64,000 bases of DNA from Candidatus Latescibacterota bacterium (GCA_965237525.1 CBDEFO010000003.1:160001-224000); one strand, 5' to 3'. Numbered from the stretch's first letter, positions 12,423 through 22,225 are shown. A program made the numbers and translations. Notes: generated by a model from the letters alone, not told the origin.

Positions 12423-12851
12423 CTATTCTCCCTCAACCGTAATCCCCATATTCTTTGCAGTTCCGATGACTATTTTCATAGCAGCATCAATACTTGTAGC
12501 ATTTAGATCGGGTATCTTGACTTCTGCTATTTCCCTTATTTGATCGATCGTTATAGTTCCCACCTTTTGCCTATTTGGCTCAGGTGATCCTTTTTCGATA
12601 TTCAAAGTCTTTTTCAGAAGGAACGACACAGGAGGTTTCTTAGTTACAAACGAAAAGGATCGGTCGGCATAGATCGTAATCTCCACGGGAATAAGGAGTC
12701 CAGCATCGCTCTGGGTCCTTGCGTTAAACTCCTTGCAAAACTCCATCATATTCACGCCGTGAGGCCCCAAAGCCGGAGCTATAGGAGGTTCTGGCTTTGC
12801 GCTCCCCCCTGAAATTTGAAGTTTGACTGTTGCAATAACTTTCTTAGCCAA
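12423..12851 (-). CDS. rplK: 50S ribosomal protein L11
   Basis: [20 protein letters not shown]...FCKEFNART...GTAKNMGI. Confidence 0.98.
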   Translation of the reverse strand: MAKKVIATVKLQISGGSAKPEPPIAPALGPHGVNMMEFCKEFNARTQSDAGLLIPVEITIYADRSFSFVTKKPPVSFLLKKTLNIEKGSPEPNRQKVGTITIDQIREIAEVKIPDLNATSIDAAMKIVIGTAKNMGITVEGE

Positions 12852-12869
12852 TTTGAAGGCCCTCTCCGG

Positions 12870-13418
12870 TTACTTTTGCTCTTCTTCTGGCATACTTTCC
12901 ACCTGGAGGATGTCTAACTCTACAGGTGTCTGTCTTCCGAAGATGCTCACCATCACCTTGATCTTGTTCTTTTCAAGATTCATCTCCCGAACAATCCCGA
13001 AAAAGTCATTAAACGGCCCGTCGATCACCTTGACTCTGTCGTCTAACAAATACGGGACGTCAGGACCCTCCTTGGACTTACCTCTATCTATCTGTCCTAG
13101 GATCCTGTCCACCTCACTGCTCCTCAATGGCTCGGGGTTTTTCCCGGAGCCCACAAAGCTTGTGACCCCCGGTACGTTTGTCACCAAGTACCAGGTGTCC
13201 CTATCTATTTCCATTTCCACAAGTACATAACTCGGAAGAAACTTCTTGGTCAAAGTCATTCTCCGTCCATCCTTTATCTCCATCACTTCCTCAGTAGGAA
13301 CTACTACTCTGCCTATCCTCTCTTCAAGCTCTGAAATGGCAATAGCGTTCTCCAGATAGTTTTTCACCTTATTTTCGTGTCCAGAATAAGTATGGATAAC
13401 GTACCACTTTTTTGCCAT
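12870..13418 (-). CDS. nusG: Transcription termination/antitermination factor NusG
   Basis: WYVIHTYSGHENKV NGN domain; KOW VKVIDGPF; IFGRQTPVEL. Confidence 0.98.
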   Translation of the reverse strand: MAKKWYVIHTYSGHENKVKNYLENAIAISELEERIGRVVVPTEEVMEIKDGRRMTLTKKFLPSYVLVEMEIDRDTWYLVTNVPGVTSFVGSGKNPEPLRSSEVDRILGQIDRGKSKEGPDVPYLLDDRVKVIDGPFNDFFGIVREMNLEKNKIKVMVSIFGRQTPVELDILQVESMPEEEQK

Positions 13419-13431
13419 TATTAAGGTATCC

Positions 13432-13614
13432 CTACTTGACCAGTTTCATAATAGAGACTAATATGAAATCCACCAGCACAATAAACACTGCAAACGCTAA
13501 GCTTGTAACTATCACGACGCCAGTAGAGCTTGTCAATTCCTCCCTTGTTGGCCAGGTCACCTTGCTCATTTCGCTTTTGACCTCTTTTAGAAACTGTGTG
13601 GCCTTTTTGAACAT
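13432..13614 (-). CDS. secE: Preprotein translocase subunit SecE
   Basis: EMSKVTWPTREEL plus one TM helix; upstream of nusG. Confidence 0.96.
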   Translation of the reverse strand: MFKKATQFLKEVKSEMSKVTWPTREELTSSTGVVIVTSLAFAVFIVLVDFILVSIMKLVK

Positions 13615-13646
13615 CTTTGCCTTTTTCGTTACTACGTATTAGAAAT

Positions 13647-13724
13647 TGGCAGGCCAGGGGGGACTCGAACCCCCAACCATCGGATTTGGAGTCCGGCGCT
13701 CTAGCCAATTAGAGCTACTGGCCT
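13647..13724 (-). tRNA. tRNA-Trp (CCA)
   Basis: aggccagtagctctaattggctagagc...ctCCAaa...ggttcgagtcc...tggcctgcca; cloverleaf with encoded CCA end. Confidence 0.95.
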
Positions 13725-13731
13725 TCAAAGT

Positions 13732-13884
13732 CTATCTAGTCTCCTTATGGACTGTGTGGGTCCTGCAGAGTGGACAAAACTTCTTATATTCTACCCTGTC
13801 GGGATGAAGTCTTCTGTTTTTGGTCGTCCTGTAGTTTCGCCTGTTGCAGACTCCGCACACTAAAATTATCAAATCTCTTGGCAT
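13732..13884 (-). CDS. rpmG: 50S ribosomal protein L33 (zinc-binding type); missed by the ORF track
   Basis: [50 protein letters not shown] (50 aa). Confidence 0.96.
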   Translation of the reverse strand: MPRDLIILVCGVCNRRNYRTTKNRRLHPDRVEYKKFCPLCRTHTVHKETR

Positions 13885-14005
13885 ATATAGATTCCGAATA
13901 ACATCTGATTCAAGATAGGCATAGCGTCAAAGGCCGCCTGCGAGGGCACAAAGGGCAGGTTTGTATACTTAAAGGAGACTACTTACGATTCCCAAAGATT
14001 CAAAA

Positions 14006-14081
14006 TGGAGCCGACGACCGGAATCGAACCGGTGACCTCATCTCTACCAAAGATGTGCTCTACCTACTGAGCTACGTCGGC
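14006..14081 (-). tRNA. tRNA-Thr (GGT)
   Basis: gccgacgtagctcag...catct ttGGTag agatg...ggttcgattcc...ggctcca. Confidence 0.93.
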
Positions 14082-14260
14082 CCTATTATCAAAGCAGAGA
14101 TGTTACTGTCACACCCAGATAGAACAAGATGGAGTATCTTTCTATCCGATCTACAACCTTCTTAAAGGAGAATGCCGAGCCTTTGGACCATTCGGCTATA
14201 GAAAAAGGGAAAAACATAACCCGCAACATTTAAAAGCCATCACGGGTTTGTATATTTTAG

Positions 14261-14336
14261 TGGAGCGGGAAACGGGATTCGAACCCGCGACCACCGGCTT
14301 GGAAGGCCGGAGCTCTACCATCTGAGCTATTCCCGC
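14261..14336 (-). tRNA. tRNA-Gly (TCC)
   Basis: gcgggaatagctcag...ccggc ctTCCaa gccgg...gggttcgaatccc...cccgctcca. Confidence 0.96.
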
Positions 14337-14403
14337 CTGAGCTATTCCCGCGTATCACAGCTACCTCATAGCCTCAACTTACGCAGGCATGTCCAGACTT
14401 AAT

Positions 14404-14432
14404 AATATAAGTGGATTTGAATCCTATGTCAA
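14404..14432 (-). promoter_or_regulatory. Sigma70-type promoter for tRNA-Gly and downstream genes
   Basis: TTGACA-17 nt-TATATT. Confidence 0.7.
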
Positions 14433-14525
14433 GAAATTTTTGTATATTTTTTCTTTTTGAATCCCCGAAAAGATCGACTCCCGATCTGTTGGGAAAATAG
14501 GGAGTCTTTGGTCTATTTAATAGTA

Positions 14526-14610
14526 TGGTGGGGAGGGAAGGATTCGAACCTTCGAAGGCAACGCCGACAGATTTACAGTCTGTTCCCTTTGACCACTTGG
14601 GTACCCCCCC
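14526..14610 (-). tRNA. tRNA-Tyr (GTA)
   Basis: gggggggtacccaagtggtcaaaggg...acaga ctGTAaa tctgt, long variable arm, gaaggttcgaatccttc...acca. Confidence 0.95.
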
Positions 14611-14691
14611 AAAGATAGGTGATAACTATCGAGAATAAGAGTGCTATCCCCTATGGAACGGGCTTGTCCAATTGAGGAAGGCTTGCCTGGA

Positions 14692-14720
14692 AACATAGAA
14701 AATATTTAATGAAAAGTCAA
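14692..14720 (-). promoter_or_regulatory. Sigma70-type promoter upstream of tRNA-Tyr
   Basis: TTGACT-17 nt-TATGTT. Confidence 0.55.
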
Positions 14721-14817
14721 GGGAAATCTCGCCGTGGGGTTTACCCTGGACCCCTCAGAAGTGTTTATTATGTTGAGCAAGGCGCTTTGGCTGCCCGGAG
14801 CGTAAAGGGACAGAGTC

Positions 14818-15567
14818 TTAATCCCTAGCCAGAAGTCCCAGAGCCTCCCGTTGTATCTGTGTCAGCTCCTCAATGCCCTTTCTGGCAAGGGCTATCATCT
14901 TGTTCATTTGATCCTCTGAGAACGTCCCACCTTCGGCGGTTCCCTGTACCTCTACAAATTTTCCCGATCCAGTCATGACAACGTTCATGTCAACTTGGGC
15001 CGAAGAATCCTCCTCGTAACAGAGATCTAGAGCCGGAACTCCCCCGACTATTCCCACGCTTACCGCCGCCACCGAGTCAGTTGTAGGATCCTTTTCTATT
15101 ATCTCCTGCTCCAACATTGCCCAGATGGCCTCCTTTAGGGCCACATAAGCTCCCGTTATGGCGGCCGTCCTTGTGCCGCCGTCAGCCTGTATGACGTCGC
15201 AGTCTATATCGATAGTCCTTTCTCCTATCTGATTCAGATCGATAATGGACCTTAGAGATCTTCCGATGAGCCGCTGTATTTCAAAGGTTCTGCCCCTGAC
15301 CCTTCCCGAAATCGATTCCCTGGAGTTTCTGGTTTTGGTAGCACGCGGCAACATGCCGTATTCTGAGGTAAGCCAGCCCTTTCCTGTATTATAAAGGAAC
15401 GGTGGAACGCGGTCTTCCAGGCTGACAGAACAGATAATCTTTGTATTTCCCATCTGTATCAGAACCGATCCCTCTGCATGCATGAGATAGCTTCTTGTAA
15501 TCTGAACAGGCCTCAGCCGGTCGGGTCGTTTTCCAGCCGTCCGTGCAGAGCCTCCATCAAAAGTCAA
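14818..15567 (-). CDS. rph: Ribonuclease PH
   Basis: HAEGSVLI...EYGMLPRAT...[11 protein letters not shown]...[14 protein letters not shown]...DMNVVM. Confidence 0.97.
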   Translation of the reverse strand: MTFDGGSARTAGKRPDRLRPVQITRSYLMHAEGSVLIQMGNTKIICSVSLEDRVPPFLYNTGKGWLTSEYGMLPRATKTRNSRESISGRVRGRTFEIQRLIGRSLRSIIDLNQIGERTIDIDCDVIQADGGTRTAAITGAYVALKEAIWAMLEQEIIEKDPTTDSVAAVSVGIVGGVPALDLCYEEDSSAQVDMNVVMTGSGKFVEVQGTAEGGTFSEDQMNKMIALARKGIEELTQIQREALGLLARD

Positions 15568-16379
15568 TTCGTCCCCCCTATCTCAAAAGATCTTTCCAGT
15601 TTGAGGCGATAATCGGGCGATTTTACGTTAACGATGTGACACATCTCCGCAAAGCGGGAATATATTCTGCCTCCCGCCAAAGATTTCACCTCGTCCAGGT
15701 TCAGGTTAGTCGTAACCGCAGTCAACCTCTCCTGCCCGTATCTGGTATCCACAAGGTCGTAAAGCATCTCTTTTTCCCAATCTGTATTGCGTTGGACACC
15801 GAAGTCGTCTATAACAAGGAAGGAAACTTTACTTACGTACTCTACTATTTCGAAAGCGCGTCCGTAATCATCACTCCCACGGTTGAAGGTGTCCCTAAGC
15901 TTTTGGAAATAACTAGAGGATAGGTTAAGATATCTCCCCTGTCTTTGGCAGTGGAGCATAAGCTCATTCAATAAGATGCATCCTGCCATCGTCTTCCCAT
16001 TCCCAGTGTTTCCCCATAAAAAAAGTCCCCTATATGGAGCGCCACTTTCGCACTTTTCGACTATGTTGCTTATAAGACCTTTCAATTGAGGGACTCCCCT
16101 AATTTCAGCACCCGTGGGGTCCTTTTCTTTATAGTCTTTCAGAAACTTGAACTTAAATCTTTCGGGGATTGCCGATTTTGCAAATATTCGCTCCACCTTG
16201 TCTATCTTGTTACGATACTCCCGGCACTGGCAGAATCTACCCTGATCGCCTTCAAAATACTGGTAGGGGCTTTCTCCGCTGCACGTACAGATAACATTGC
16301 TGCAATCGCAGATGTCGAATATCCCACCTTTTTTTCCACTGCGGTAGTAGATTCCAATGCCATCGCATTTTTTACACAT
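15564..16379 (-). CDS. DnaC/IstB-like AAA+ ATPase with Cys-rich N-terminus
   Basis: Walker A GNTGNGKT, Walker B VIDDFG, TTN sensor, RIYSRF arginine finger; 8 Cys in first 52 aa. Confidence 0.85.
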   Translation of the reverse strand: MCKKCDGIGIYYRSGKKGGIFDICDCSNVICTCSGESPYQYFEGDQGRFCQCREYRNKIDKVERIFAKSAIPERFKFKFLKDYKEKDPTGAEIRGVPQLKGLISNIVEKCESGAPYRGLFLWGNTGNGKTMAGCILLNELMLHCQRQGRYLNLSSSYFQKLRDTFNRGSDDYGRAFEIVEYVSKVSFLVIDDFGVQRNTDWEKEMLYDLVDTRYGQERLTAVTTNLNLDEVKSLAGGRIYSRFAEMCHIVNVKSPDYRLKLERSFEIGGTN

Positions 16380-16464
16380 CTTCAGGCTCCAGACAATTCT
16401 TGCGGAGCATCAAAAGCTCACCTTCGACGACGTACAGGTCGCAAGGACTAGAACAAGGCCGGGC

Positions 16465-17979
16465 TTAACCTTCACTCAGTTCAGATTCGTGCTTGATCTT
16501 AAATTTCTTGACTGCCTCATAGATAGCCCTTGCTAGCTTCTGGCGGAACGAGGTCCTTTTTAAGAGCTTTTCCTCTGTGGGATTGGATAAGAACGCTGTC
16601 TCGACCATCACGCTGGGCATATTTGCAAGTGTTCCCTTCATCACATAGAAGCCCGCCTGTTTAACCCCCCTGTTCTTCAGGTTTGGGATTTTACTCATCT
16701 CGTCCTGTATCAAAGCTGCAAGGTCCTGGCTTTCTTTCAGGAAATTGCCGGACGCCATATCTAAAAGGACCTCGTACTGTATATCCCTCAACACGAAGTC
16801 CTGGGGATCTACGGAGGCTATCCCGGGGACTCCCGTGTCAAAAGCTAAAACTGAATTTTCCTTCTGGGCGACCTGTTTTGCATCCTCCGTCTCAGCCTCA
16901 GATAGAAAATACGTCTCCGACCCTTCGACTCTCCTCGACTTATTCGAATTGCAGTGGATACTTATGAAGACCTTGCCTCTGTCCTTTGTGGCTATCCGAG
17001 AGCGCTCCGTAAGGGGGACATAAACATCCGATAACCTGGTCATCACCGTTTTAACGGTGAGACGCTCTTTCAACAACTTACGTAGCCTTTTTGCGACGTC
17101 CAACGTGACGTCCTTCTCCTTAAGTCCTGTCGGCCCTATCGAACCTGCGTCTTTGCCTCCGTGTCCCGGATCTATAATTACGGTATTTATAGACCACGTC
17201 TCCTGGTCAATCTCTATCTCCTGAGCCCTCCTTAATGACAGGACGATCTGTCTGGGACTGTCCCTCGTGGTGATGTCGTAGTTGCTTATGTCTTTATCAA
17301 GGCGAAACGAAATTTGAGCTGAGCCTTTATTTTGTAGAGCCCGTATCTCTCTAACTGCGCCTTTTTTGGGAGTTCTCGCTATCTTGTCAGGGTCAAGGTT
17401 CCCCCCAGAGACCGTTAGGTGCAGCCACTTAAGTTTACTGGTGTAGTCCTCTATCTCTTCTAACTTAAAATCTTTTTCGGTATATATAAAGACAATCGTC
17501 CCGTTGGTTCTTTCCTCTATCCTTAAAGCGGAGATGTTGGCCACAGATGTCTCAACCATAAGGGTTTTGAACTTATCCTGCCATCGGAGCTTCCCGGGAA
17601 CAGTCTTGCTCAGAAAATGAACAAAGGTTTTGGCTGGAACATAAACAGAACCCTGATGGAGAAGGGAGGGAAGAGATAGGTTGAAGCTGTTGTCGTCTAC
17701 GATGATCAGAGGACTGAACGCTGTAAGGGTGATACGGCTATCGCCCATTCTAAGGACCATCTTTTTGGTCAGAGGATTCCAGTAGGGCAACTGCAGACCG
17801 TCGAATTGACGCCCCAGCGATATAGCTGATATGTAGGTCACCTCGTCAATCGTCACGATGTCTAGCTTTCCCTCTTGGCTCCCGTCAGTATAGATGACCT
17901 TAGCTTCTTCAGCTAGCGCATCTGTCCAGAATATCGCAAAAACAAAAATAAGAGCGGCAAACGAAATGATCCTTAGCAT
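16465..17979 (-). CDS. N-acetylmuramoyl-L-alanine amidase (Amidase_3, AmiC-like), secreted
   Basis: Signal peptide; IIDPGHGGKD, EK, SIHCN, MVETAFLSN motifs. Confidence 0.93.
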   Translation of the reverse strand: MLRIISFAALIFVFAIFWTDALAEEAKVIYTDGSQEGKLDIVTIDEVTYISAISLGRQFDGLQLPYWNPLTKKMVLRMGDSRITLTAFSPLIIVDDNSFNLSLPSLLHQGSVYVPAKTFVHFLSKTVPGKLRWQDKFKTLMVETSVANISALRIEERTNGTIVFIYTEKDFKLEEIEDYTSKLKWLHLTVSGGNLDPDKIARTPKKGAVREIRALQNKGSAQISFRLDKDISNYDITTRDSPRQIVLSLRRAQEIEIDQETWSINTVIIDPGHGGKDAGSIGPTGLKEKDVTLDVAKRLRKLLKERLTVKTVMTRLSDVYVPLTERSRIATKDRGKVFISIHCNSNKSRRVEGSETYFLSEAETEDAKQVAQKENSVLAFDTGVPGIASVDPQDFVLRDIQYEVLLDMASGNFLKESQDLAALIQDEMSKIPNLKNRGVKQAGFYVMKGTLANMPSVMVETAFLSNPTEEKLLKRTSFRQKLARAIYEAVKKFKIKHESELSEG

Positions 17980-18078
17980 AACACTCTCAAATCCCCCAAT
18001 GATAAGTGGACAGCATACAGGGATGGTAGATAGTCCAAGTGAGATAGCAATGACGGTTTATTTGCTGCTGAGACCTTC

Positions 18079-18186
18079 TGTCATTGCCAGCGGTGAAACC
18101 CCGACCCCGAAGGAGCCCCCGATAGATTCAATCGGGGGGAAGCGGAACCAATCTCAAGGGAGGGAAGAGCGGTGCCCCTGTCTACT
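18079..18186. repeat. Composite repeat: CGTC-type REP (gtcattgc...caatctc) containing palindrome B, followed by family A
   Basis: tgtcattgccagc...cccccgatagattcaatcgggggg...ccaatctc-aagggagggaagagcggtgcccctgtctac. Confidence 0.8.
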
Positions 18187-18627
18187 TGCTGTGAGGCCCC
18201 TTTCAATCTCCATCTGCGCTGCTTTTCTAGCCATATCCTCGCGCTTGTCGAACACCCTTTTGCCCTTTGCCAGTGCAAGCTCGACCTTAGCTTTTCCTGA
18301 GCTGTTGAAATATACCTTCAGCGGGACAAGCGTTAGCCCGCGCTCTTGGACCCTTCCGATGAGCTTCTTTATTTCGTATTTGTGCAGCAACAATTTTCTG
18401 ACCCTTTCAGGATCGTGGTTGTGCACTCCGCCCTGTTCGTATGCGCTTATGTGCATATTGTAAAGCTGTGCCTGGCCCTTTTCGACCCTTGCATAGCTGT
18501 CCTTTAAGTTGGCTTTCCCCTGTCTTAAGGATTTTACCTCAGTGCCTTTTAGTTCTATTCCGGCTTCAATTGCGTCGAGTATAAGGTATTCGTGCCGAGC
18601 GCGCCGGTTTTGTGTTATGATCTTCAC
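18154..18627 (-). CDS. smpB: SsrA-binding protein SmpB
   Basis: NRRARHEY...EAGIELKGTEVKSLR...RKLLLHK...GKRVFDKRE. Confidence 0.97.
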   Translation of the reverse strand: MKIITQNRRARHEYLILDAIEAGIELKGTEVKSLRQGKANLKDSYARVEKGQAQLYNMHISAYEQGGVHNHDPERVRKLLLHKYEIKKLIGRVQERGLTLVPLKVYFNSSGKAKVELALAKGKRVFDKREDMARKAAQMEIERGLTASRQGHRSSLP

Positions 18628-18839
18628 CTTCTAAATATATCCTTCACAGCTTCCACCAACGTATCGAGTTCTCTTTCCAGCGTAAAGAACCCCACAGATC
18701 CGTCGTAATTTAAGTCGGATATAGCCGCAAAGACATTCTTGTAGTTTATGTCTCCCGTTCCTGGCTAGTGTCTTCCGGGGACGTCGGCAGCGTGGAAGTG
18801 TCCTATCCTACTGATATTTTCTCGTATCGTGGATATTAG

Positions 18840-20358
18840 AAGCCTTGTGAAATAGTTATGTCCCAGGCAGCGTCTGAAGCGCCGATTATGGGTCAAAGAG
18901 TAGCATATCGTATCGTTTTGCTGTGGAATAAGCAAAATAGTCTTATCAGAGTTCTGGTCAGCAAGGAACAGGAGCTGTTTGAAGAACAGGATGCACTGTC
19001 TTTGACAGACAGGGCACACATAGACGCTTTCCCCCTTCTTATGAAAGATACAAGCCTCTTGAGATTCTGTACTGTTGCAACAAGATTCAACTGTTCATTC
19101 AGTGAGGCTGGTCCTCTGTAACGGGCTCGTCCCATACCGTGTTGTTGCCTGGCTTCAGCAAAGATATGTTCACTGCGTTTACGGAGTCTCCGGGAGAGTT
19201 TGTAGTCAGCTGTTAATGAGATAGACCGTGCATGATTTCTGGCTTTCGCCTCTCGCACTTTTCTATCCCGTTCGGCCTGAATATGTGCTGGATTTGTCTT
19301 GTTTTTCCATGTAGGAATCGGTCCAATCTTCTCATCGGCTCGCAGAGGAATATGGGGTATGATTCCCCGGTCAAGTACATCAGCGATAAAATTACCAGAA
19401 CCGTAACCGGTATCGGCACTAAGTGTCTGAATGTCTTTGGGCATGGTCTATGTTTCAAGGTCATCTACCATCTTAAGGGCACTTTCGGGCTCTGCTGTCC
19501 CTGTCGCCTGCGTGCCCTGAGTCTCAAGGATTACTCTGCTTTTTGTGTCGATCAGATCATGGCCCATAAACGAGAGAAAAGCCCCTTTGCCCTTCGATTT
19601 GCTGTATAAGCGCGCGTCGGGGTCTGTAGTCGAACGGTGTGTTTGGTTCGTCCACTTTTCACCATGAAAGTCTTTATCCTGAGGATGCCCGGACCTACCC
19701 TTTGTCTTATCACCTTCAAAACCGATTCCCTTGAGATAATCATCAAGAGAAACAGGGGGTTCTATCGGCTCAATACTTTTCACTGAAGCATCAGCTTGTA
19801 TCTGAGTGCCGTCGACACTAAGGTGTTTACCGCTCACAACACCGACATCTATGCAACACTGGACTACCTGACGCATTATCCGTTCAAACAACCCACTGGA
19901 TGCCCACTTGTGATTGCGAAGCTTGTTGATCGTGCTCCTATCCGGAACCGCATCATCAAATGTCTGATGACAAAACAACCGATATGCCGCATGCATCCCC
20001 ACTTCCTGACAGAGCCGATTCTCACTCAAATTATACAGATAGCCAATAAGGATCATTCGAACAACTAATTCAGGATCAATACCGGGTCTGCCATTGTCAG
20101 GGCAATAACAATCTGATACAACGTCTCGTACAAATGAAAAATCAACTGCCTCATCAATCTGACGAAGGATATGATCCTCGGGAACTAAATCCTCCATCTG
20201 AAAATAGTGAAACATCGGATTTGTCTGTTCCTGCTTTTGTGGGGTCATTGTTTCCTCCATATATAATATTATCAATAACATAATATAATACATCGGAGCT
20301 GCTTTATCAATGCTTGTTCTATACTACTTTCTGAATCTAAGGGTTTTTCACAAGGCTT
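18840..20358 (-). mobile_element. IS1182/IS5-like insertion sequence, copy 1 (1519 bp)
   Basis: Terminal IRs aagccttgtgaaa / tttcacaaggctt; 4-bp TSD ttag (18836-18839, 20359-20362); removing it restores the hyi-like frame at the junction. Confidence 0.95.
18893..20248 (-). CDS. IS1182-like DDE transposase with in-frame TAG at 19448-19450
   Basis: DUF772-like N-terminus (VPEDHILRQID...GRPGIDP), DGT, then TAG, then in-frame ADTGY and RSEHIFAE. Confidence 0.88.
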
Positions 20359-20924
20359 TTAGATTGCCCTCTGTAATCTGCTGATGGTAGACGTCGTAGA
20401 GCAATATCACATCAGGACTCATTGCGTCGTCTACAATCTCTACACCCTGTTGGGTTGTGGAGAGATAATACCCTTATAGTTGACGAGAATGTTTAAAGGT
20501 TCCACGATCAAAGTTGCTCCCTTATCCTCGGCGTAAGGAACGATTTCTTTTAGAAGATCTACTATGTATTTGTGCTGTCGAGATCTGCTCAGATCAGGGT
20601 TCTCCTGCCCTACTTCGACTATGAGATTTTTGCAATTTAACTCTACGGACGCGTCTATTGAGTCTTGTGTCTCATCAATGAAGTCTTCTCTTTTGGAAGG
20701 ATCGACCAGCGATCCGTCGGAGTTGTCAAAAGCGGCTATCTCCATGCCAGATACTGAAACCGTTGACTTGAGGGCATCCAGATCCTTATCACTCCATCTC
20801 AAAACTCGAATGCCTTAAGACCAGCAGAACCCAGCTTTCTTATCCTCTCCTTGATCGGAAGGTGCTTATAGAAAGACTCTATGCACCCTGAAAGTCTGAT
20901 CATTTGATCTCTCCGTGTGAGACC

Positions 20925-22157
20925 TTATCTTCCAGGATACGCCCTGTTTTCAAGCTCAGCGATGAACTTCTCAGCCTCTATGGCAGCCGCCGCTCCCGTC
21001 CCTGCCGCCGTAATAGCCTGGCGGAAGACGTAATCCTGCACATCCCCGGCGGCAAAGACACCTTCGATATTCGTGTGCTGGACCCTGTCAGTTATGATGT
21101 AACCCATCTCGTCCATTTCGATCTGACCTTTGAAGATCTCCGTGTTGGGATAGTGGCCGACGAAGATGAACACTCCATCAATAGGCCTTATCGCCTCCTC
21201 GTCCGTCTTGACGTTCAAGAGACGGCTGGAAGTAACACCGTTTCCGTCCCCGATAATCTCAGTGACTTTTGTATCCCAGATGAAGTCTATTTTATCATTT
21301 TTCCTGGCTCTGGTCTGAAGGATCTCGCTGGCTCTCAGTCTGTCCCTCCTGTGGATCATGGTCACCCTGGTGGCAAATCTTGTCAGGAACATCCCTTCCT
21401 CCACGGCGGCATCTCCTCCTCCGACCACCACGATCTCCTTGTCCTTGAAGAAAAACCCGTCGCACGTAGCGCAGTAGGACACACCCTTTCCTATGTACTC
21501 CTGCTCTCCGGGAATCTCCAGCATTCTGGGGGATGAGCCTGTGCTTATCACCACAGCTTTTGCGATATACTCAGTGTCATGCGTCCACGCCTTGAAGGGA
21601 TAGCTCAAGAAATCCACCTTGTGCACGTAGTCGTACACTATCTTAGCTCCGAATCGCTCCGCCTGCGCTGTCATCTCCGCAACAAGTTCGGGTCCCTTTA
21701 TTCCGTTTGTAAAACCCGGATAGTTTTCTATGTCCTGCGTAATAGATATCTGTCCTCCATGCTCCTTACCCGTAACCACTACGGTATCGAGTTCCGCCCT
21801 TCCATTGTAGAGCGCAGCGGTCAGTCCGGCAGGTCCTGAGCCTATTATGAGGATGTCTGTCGACTTTGAATTGCCGTTCCCCCGGCTTTCCTCTTTTATT
21901 TGGTCTGATGCCATATCGTCTAATTCCCCTGAGACTGCTAAGTTGTAAAGATCGTCATCGTCTCCTACGTACTTATCGTCTATGAATATCTGAGGGACGT
22001 CTCTGCGGCCCCCTGTTAGCTCCATTATCTTTTCCCTCATTTCCAAATTTCCAAATATATTTATCTCCTGGTAGGCGATTTTCAATCCATCGAGTATGTT
22101 TTTAGCCCTGTCGCAGTAAGAACAGTATTCCGTCGTGTAGATCTTGACCTTCTTCAT
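20925..22157 (-). CDS. trxB: Glutaredoxin-thioredoxin reductase fusion
   Basis: N-terminal Grx (CSYC, VPQIFI) joined in frame to TrxB (GSGPAG, CATCDG, GGGDAAVEE, HRRD, AAGDV). Confidence 0.9.
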   Translation of the reverse strand: MKKVKIYTTEYCSYCDRAKNILDGLKIAYQEINIFGNLEMREKIMELTGGRRDVPQIFIDDKYVGDDDDLYNLAVSGELDDMASDQIKEESRGNGNSKSTDILIIGSGPAGLTAALYNGRAELDTVVVTGKEHGGQISITQDIENYPGFTNGIKGPELVAEMTAQAERFGAKIVYDYVHKVDFLSYPFKAWTHDTEYIAKAVVISTGSSPRMLEIPGEQEYIGKGVSYCATCDGFFFKDKEIVVVGGGDAAVEEGMFLTRFATRVTMIHRRDRLRASEILQTRARKNDKIDFIWDTKVTEIIGDGNGVTSSRLLNVKTDEEAIRPIDGVFIFVGHYPNTEIFKGQIEMDEMGYIITDRVQHTNIEGVFAAGDVQDYVFRQAITAAGTGAAAAIEAEKFIAELENRAYPGR

Positions 22158-22225
22158 TGTCCCCTTATTCCCACGGCTTTTTCGGCTTACTCAGTTAAGT
22201 TTGAGGCGAATAACTACAGTTTTGA

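Larger units (their letters stand above)
18624..20903 (-). pseudogene. Hydroxypyruvate isomerase-like (xylose-isomerase TIM barrel) pseudogene interrupted by an IS
   Basis: Pieces MIRLSGCIE...AFEF / RWSDKDL...VEPLN / YYLSTT...LYDVYHQQITEGNL / [IS] / IGHFHAADVPGRH*PGTGDINY; two frameshifts, one nonsense codon (18765-18767) and the IS. Confidence 0.88.

Noticed and set aside
13421..13708. 95-aa ORF, and the many antisense ORFs over rpoB, rpoC, mqn and ABC genes
   Set aside because: They overlap tRNA-Trp/secE or well-supported genes and have no motifs; shadow ORFs.
14100..14250. Extra tRNA between tRNA-Gly and tRNA-Thr (tagccgaatggtccaaaggc resembles a D-arm)
   Set aside because: No T-arm or acceptor stem could be built.
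15564..16379. IS21 element or prophage replication module
   Set aside because: No IstA, terminal repeats or phage genes nearby; the gene is coupled to rph.
17980..18153. tmRNA next to smpB
   Set aside because: The interval is short, made of repeats, and lacks tRNA-like tmRNA ends.
18765..18767. Genome-wide TAG reassignment, suggested by TAG in hyi and in the transposase
   Set aside because: rpsG, rpoB, rplL, rplK and rpmG end at TAG at expected lengths, and the hyi-like gene is broken by other lesions.
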